The notes below the pieces were generated by a model, which was not told where the DNA came from, ran no database searches, and saw only the letters and a program-made list of their open reading frames with translations. Both the position numbers and the translations under genes were made by a program. Positions 60,894-64,000 of a stretch of DNA of 64,000 nt are shown piece by piece. Where the stretch lies: the NCBI GenBank assembly GCA_032718475.1, contig JAUCBJ010007311.1, positions 49,012 to 113,011 of the forward strand, in the 5' to 3' direction. The first letter of the stretch is position 1, and the number at the start of each line of letters is the position of its first letter. This stretch comes from Nemertoderma westbladi (Eukaryota > Animalia > Xenacoelomorpha).

Positions 60894-63722
60894 ATTAAGT
60901 GTTGTCATTTTAATGCTCGCTCATTAAAAAATAAACTGATAGAGTTACAATATTTACTATCTGATCAACAATACGATATAGTTTGCATAACTGAGACGTG
61001 GCTTAATAACGATGTACCAAATTCTTTACTAGTGAATGGAAGTAACTACTCGGTAATTGCCAGGGCTGACCGTAAACTCCGCGAGGGTGGAGGCGCCGCG
61101 ATTTTAGCTCGTAAAAATCTTAAATGTGTCGAAGTACCTCTCCCTGCTAACTCAAACAATACAGAATACTCGTTGGTGGTCATTGATATATTAGGCCATC
61201 TCGCTCTCTCCCATCGGTTAGCCTGTGTGTATAGGCCACCTCCCCGTCCGGATGTTTCAGATCACAGTCAGATCCTCTGGAATGACCTATCAGTTCTTTG
61301 TGATGTTGTTTTTCCGTTTACCATTGTAGGTGATTTTAATTTTCCCCAATTCGATTGGAAAGAATTTTCTTACCCCGACAATTACCTGTATAATAAATTC
61401 GGTGATTTTGTGTTACAAAATAGTTTATACCAGATCCAGTTAGTCCCCACTTGTGGAGATAATGTTCTGGATCTAGTGTTTACTACTGACCGGAAATTTA
61501 TCAGCGACGTTCACACTGACGCGCCGTTTTCCACTAGTAACCACGATTGTGTTGTGTTTGATATCATTGTATGTAAAAATGACAGCGCACCTGCACCTAT
61601 TACGGGATACTATGACTACTCAAACGGAGACTATACTTCTTTTAATAATTATATTAGAAATGCTGATCTTATTTCACAGCTTGCTTCTTGTACTACAGTG
61701 AATGAATATTACAATACTTTTAGTGCTGTAATTAAATCAGGTGTTGAACAATTTGTTCCTTTTAAATCGTTTAATGTCGATAAAAGAAAAAGTTATCCTT
61801 TATATGTTAAGCGCCTGCAGCGCGCAAAAAAAAAGCTGTGGAAAAGGCGTAATACCGCGCATGGGAAACAGGCGTATCAGCGGGTGGCACTACTAGCTTC
61901 CAAAGCGGCTCTTCGTGCCACCTGCGCATACGAAACTAAAATTCTCAACTCGGCCGACCCCAATAAAATATTTAAATATATGAACTCCAAAAGGAAGGAT
62001 CGTAATGTAATTGGACCTTTGAAACATAACGGCGAAACTGTAGTAGATGACAGTACTAAGGCGAAAATTTTCGCCGACGTGCTAGCGGAAAATTTTTCGA
62101 ATGACAACCACAGTGTCCCAATATTCAACCGTAGGGTTCCTACTGGTACATCTTTGTCTACTGTAGATTTATCCCCAGTTCGTGTGTTAACAATGTTAAC
62201 TAAAATGCCAGCCAAAAAGAGTGCGACGCCAGACAACTTGCCTAGCATTTTATTTTCCAGATTAGCTATTAATATCGCCGCACCACTATCTGTTTTATTT
62301 AAGTTATCTCTCGAAACATACACACTTCCATCTGCATGGCTCACAGCTACTATTATACCAATGTTTAAAAAGGGTGATCCTTGTAACCCATACAATTACC
62401 GTCCAATATCGTTAACGTGCATATCTTGTAAAGTGATGGAAATGTGTATAAAAAGTGACATTATTCTGTATCTACGCAATAATAATATTATTTCGAAGTC
62501 CCAACACGGGTTTCTTCATCGTAAATCCACGTGTACCCAGCTATTAGATTGTGTGACTGACTGGTTTCGTATTTTAGATAAACGTAGGAATATCGATATT
62601 ATATATGTTGACTTTGCCAAAGCTTTCGATTCTGTAGTTAAATCAAAATTATTGTGTAAGTTAGCTGCTTATGGGATTTCTGGAAATCTACTAGATTGGT
62701 TGAATGCTTTCCTCTCAAACAGATCTCAACAAATTATTGTCGGAAATGAGTTTTCACCATTAGTTGCTGTGAAATCAGGCACACCCCAAGGAAGTGTTCT
62801 GGGACCAGTGCTATTTCTTGTTTTCATTAACGATCTGCCAGACCTGTTAAATCCCATAACAGTGAAACTTTTTGCTGATGATGTGAAATTGTATTCTAGT
62901 ACAACCGAGAGTGAATCCCTCGCCCAAGCACTCAGCAAGCTGGAGGCATGGGCGAGCGAATGGCAGCTCTCTATTGCAACCCATAAATGTATTGTTATTT
63001 ATGTTGGCTCATCCAATGCGAAGCGCGAATACACTCTCAATTCGTCTGTGCTCACCTCTGATACACACTGTAAGGACCTGGGCCTAACAATTTCATCCGA
63101 TCTAAAATTCGATCTTTATTGTAGAGACCAAACAGCAAAAGCTTACAAAGTTATCAATATGTTATTCCGGAGCATCGTAACTAGTAACCGTCAAGCTTTA
63201 ATAATAGCTTATAAAGCCATAGCTCGGCCACTTGTAGAATATTGCACGCCTGTCTGGTCTCCACATACAAAACGCAGCATAGACATGATTGAGGGTGTTC
63301 AACGCTACTTTACTCGTCGTCTGTTTATGCGCTGTAAGATACCCTACTCTAGCTACATGGACCGCCTCGAACTGCTTTCCCTACAACCTTTAGAAGTGCG
63401 TCGAATGATATTCGACCTAAAAATGGTTTACAAAATTACACACGGTCTTGTTGATCTTGACTTTGATAATTATTTCTCTCAAGCTCCCCGAGCTGGTCTT
63501 CGTGGCAACAGTAGGAAACTTTACGTACCTAGGTGTCGTTTAGATATCAGCAAACATTCTTTCTCATCTCGTGCAGTCAGATTATGGAATAATCTCCCTT
63601 CTTCAGTAGTTGATTCTTGTAACCTGAAAATATTTTCACGCAAGTTGCTGGCGATCGACTTTTTGGAACACTGTAATTTTACACGACCCCCTGGCAATCC
63701 ATTATTTTTAGTACAACAGTGA
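60855..63722 (+). CDS. CR1-type LINE ORF2 (APE endonuclease + RT), open frame, no AUG before the APE domain
   Basis: Frame is open from 60786; FNARSL and TETWL lie upstream of the track's GTG start; GDFN, DFAKAFD, GTPQGS and FADD follow. Confidence 0.92.
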   Translation, partial: QVKGGSSPALGPFIKCCHFNARSLKNKLIELQYLLSDQQYDIVCITETWLNNDVPNSLLVNGSNYSVIARADRKLREGGGAAILARKNLKCVEVPLPANSNNTEYSLVVIDILGHLALSHRLACVYRPPPRPDVSDHSQILWNDLSVLCDVVFPFTIVGDFNFPQFDWKEFSYPDNYLYNKFGDFVLQNSLYQIQLVPTCGDNVLDLVFTTDRKFISDVHTDAPFSTSNHDCVVFDIIVCKNDSAPAPITGYYDYSNGDYTSFNNYIRNADLISQLASCTTVNEYYNTFSAVIKSGVEQFVPFKSFNVDKRKSYPLYVKRLQRAKKKLWKRRNTAHGKQAYQRVALLASKAALRATCAYETKILNSADPNKIFKYMNSKRKDRNVIGPLKHNGETVVDDSTKAKIFADVLAENFSNDNHSVPIFNRRVPTGTSLSTVDLSPVRVLTMLTKMPAKKSATPDNLPSILFSRLAINIAAPLSVLFKLSLETYTLPSAWLTATIIPMFKKGDPCNPYNYRPISLTCISCKVMEMCIKSDIILYLRNNNIISKSQHGFLHRKSTCTQLLDCVTDWFRILDKRRNIDIIYVDFAKAFDSVVKSKLLCKLAAYGISGNLLDWLNAFLSNRSQQIIVGNEFSPLVAVKSGTPQGSVLGPVLFLVFINDLPDLLNPITVKLFADDVKLYSSTTESESLAQALSKLEAWASEWQLSIATHKCIVIYVGSSNAKREYTLNSSVLTSDTHCKDLGLTISSDLKFDLYCRDQTAKAYKVINMLFRSIVTSNRQALIIAYKAIARPLVEYCTPVWSPHTKRSIDMIEGVQRYFTRRLFMRCKIPYSSYMDRLELLSLQPLEVRRMIFDLKMVYKITHGLVDLDFDNYFSQAPRAGLRGNSRKLYVPRCRLDISKHSFSSRAVRLWNNLPSSVVDSCNLKIFSRKLLAIDFLEHCNFTRPPGNPLFLVQQ

Positions 63723-64000
63723 CAAATATCTTTTTTGTCATTTTTTTTTATTGTTTTAGTTTTTCGTCTCGTTTTTCTTTTTATAAGTCTCAATTTTATT
63801 AGAAATTTAAAATATTATAGCAATTTGTAAAGTGTACTGTATGTGCATTACAGTATATTTTATGTTCACTTTATAGTACCCAAACTCCCGTAAGTGCCTT
63901 GAGCCTGGGCAGTTTCCCTCCCTCGACCTTTTGTGTATTCTTTGTTCTGTATGTATGTTTCTATGTTATGTGTATTTCACATATTTTAATATCGAGTTTT

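Noticed and set aside
61032-61034. GTG start assigned to CR1 ORF2
   Set aside because: It lies downstream of the conserved APE motifs NARSL and TETWL, so it would truncate the endonuclease.

Overview
AT-rich, intron-containing animal (invertebrate-type) genomic DNA dominated by transposable elements and tandem repeats. Host genes I can support: three coding exons of a secreted alpha-carbonic anhydrase (minus strand, 1462-6259, continuing off the left edge), two exons of a divergent CAP/SCP (GAPR-1-like) gene (plus strand, 9659-12182), and an intronless DCLRE1B/Apollo-like nuclease with an in-frame 12-aa tandem-repeat domain (minus strand, 50901-53750). The centre is a young 17.1-kb composite BEL/Pao LTR retrotransposon (15697-32802; 560-bp LTRs differing at 2 sites; GTTTG TSD). 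It contains a third, diverged LTR, two partial gag-pol units and a zinc-knuckle ORF in the env position. Neither LTR type has a tRNA-type PBS. Instead, the 9 nt at the PBS position are complementary to a 9-mer inside the cognate LTR, with three compensatory changes between the two LTR types. This suggests tRNA-independent self-priming and is the strongest novelty candidate. Also present: an intact single-ORF L2/Crack-like LINE with a signal-like peptide and a 2A motif, an intact two-ORF CR1 LINE with a GGGAAAC -1 frameshift signal, nested RTE LINEs (one with 163-bp flanking direct repeats), three non-autonomous elements bounded by TGT, a foldback MITE, and a 34-bp satellite inside a TIR-bounded element. 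All calls were made by eye from the sequence and ORF track; no searches were run.
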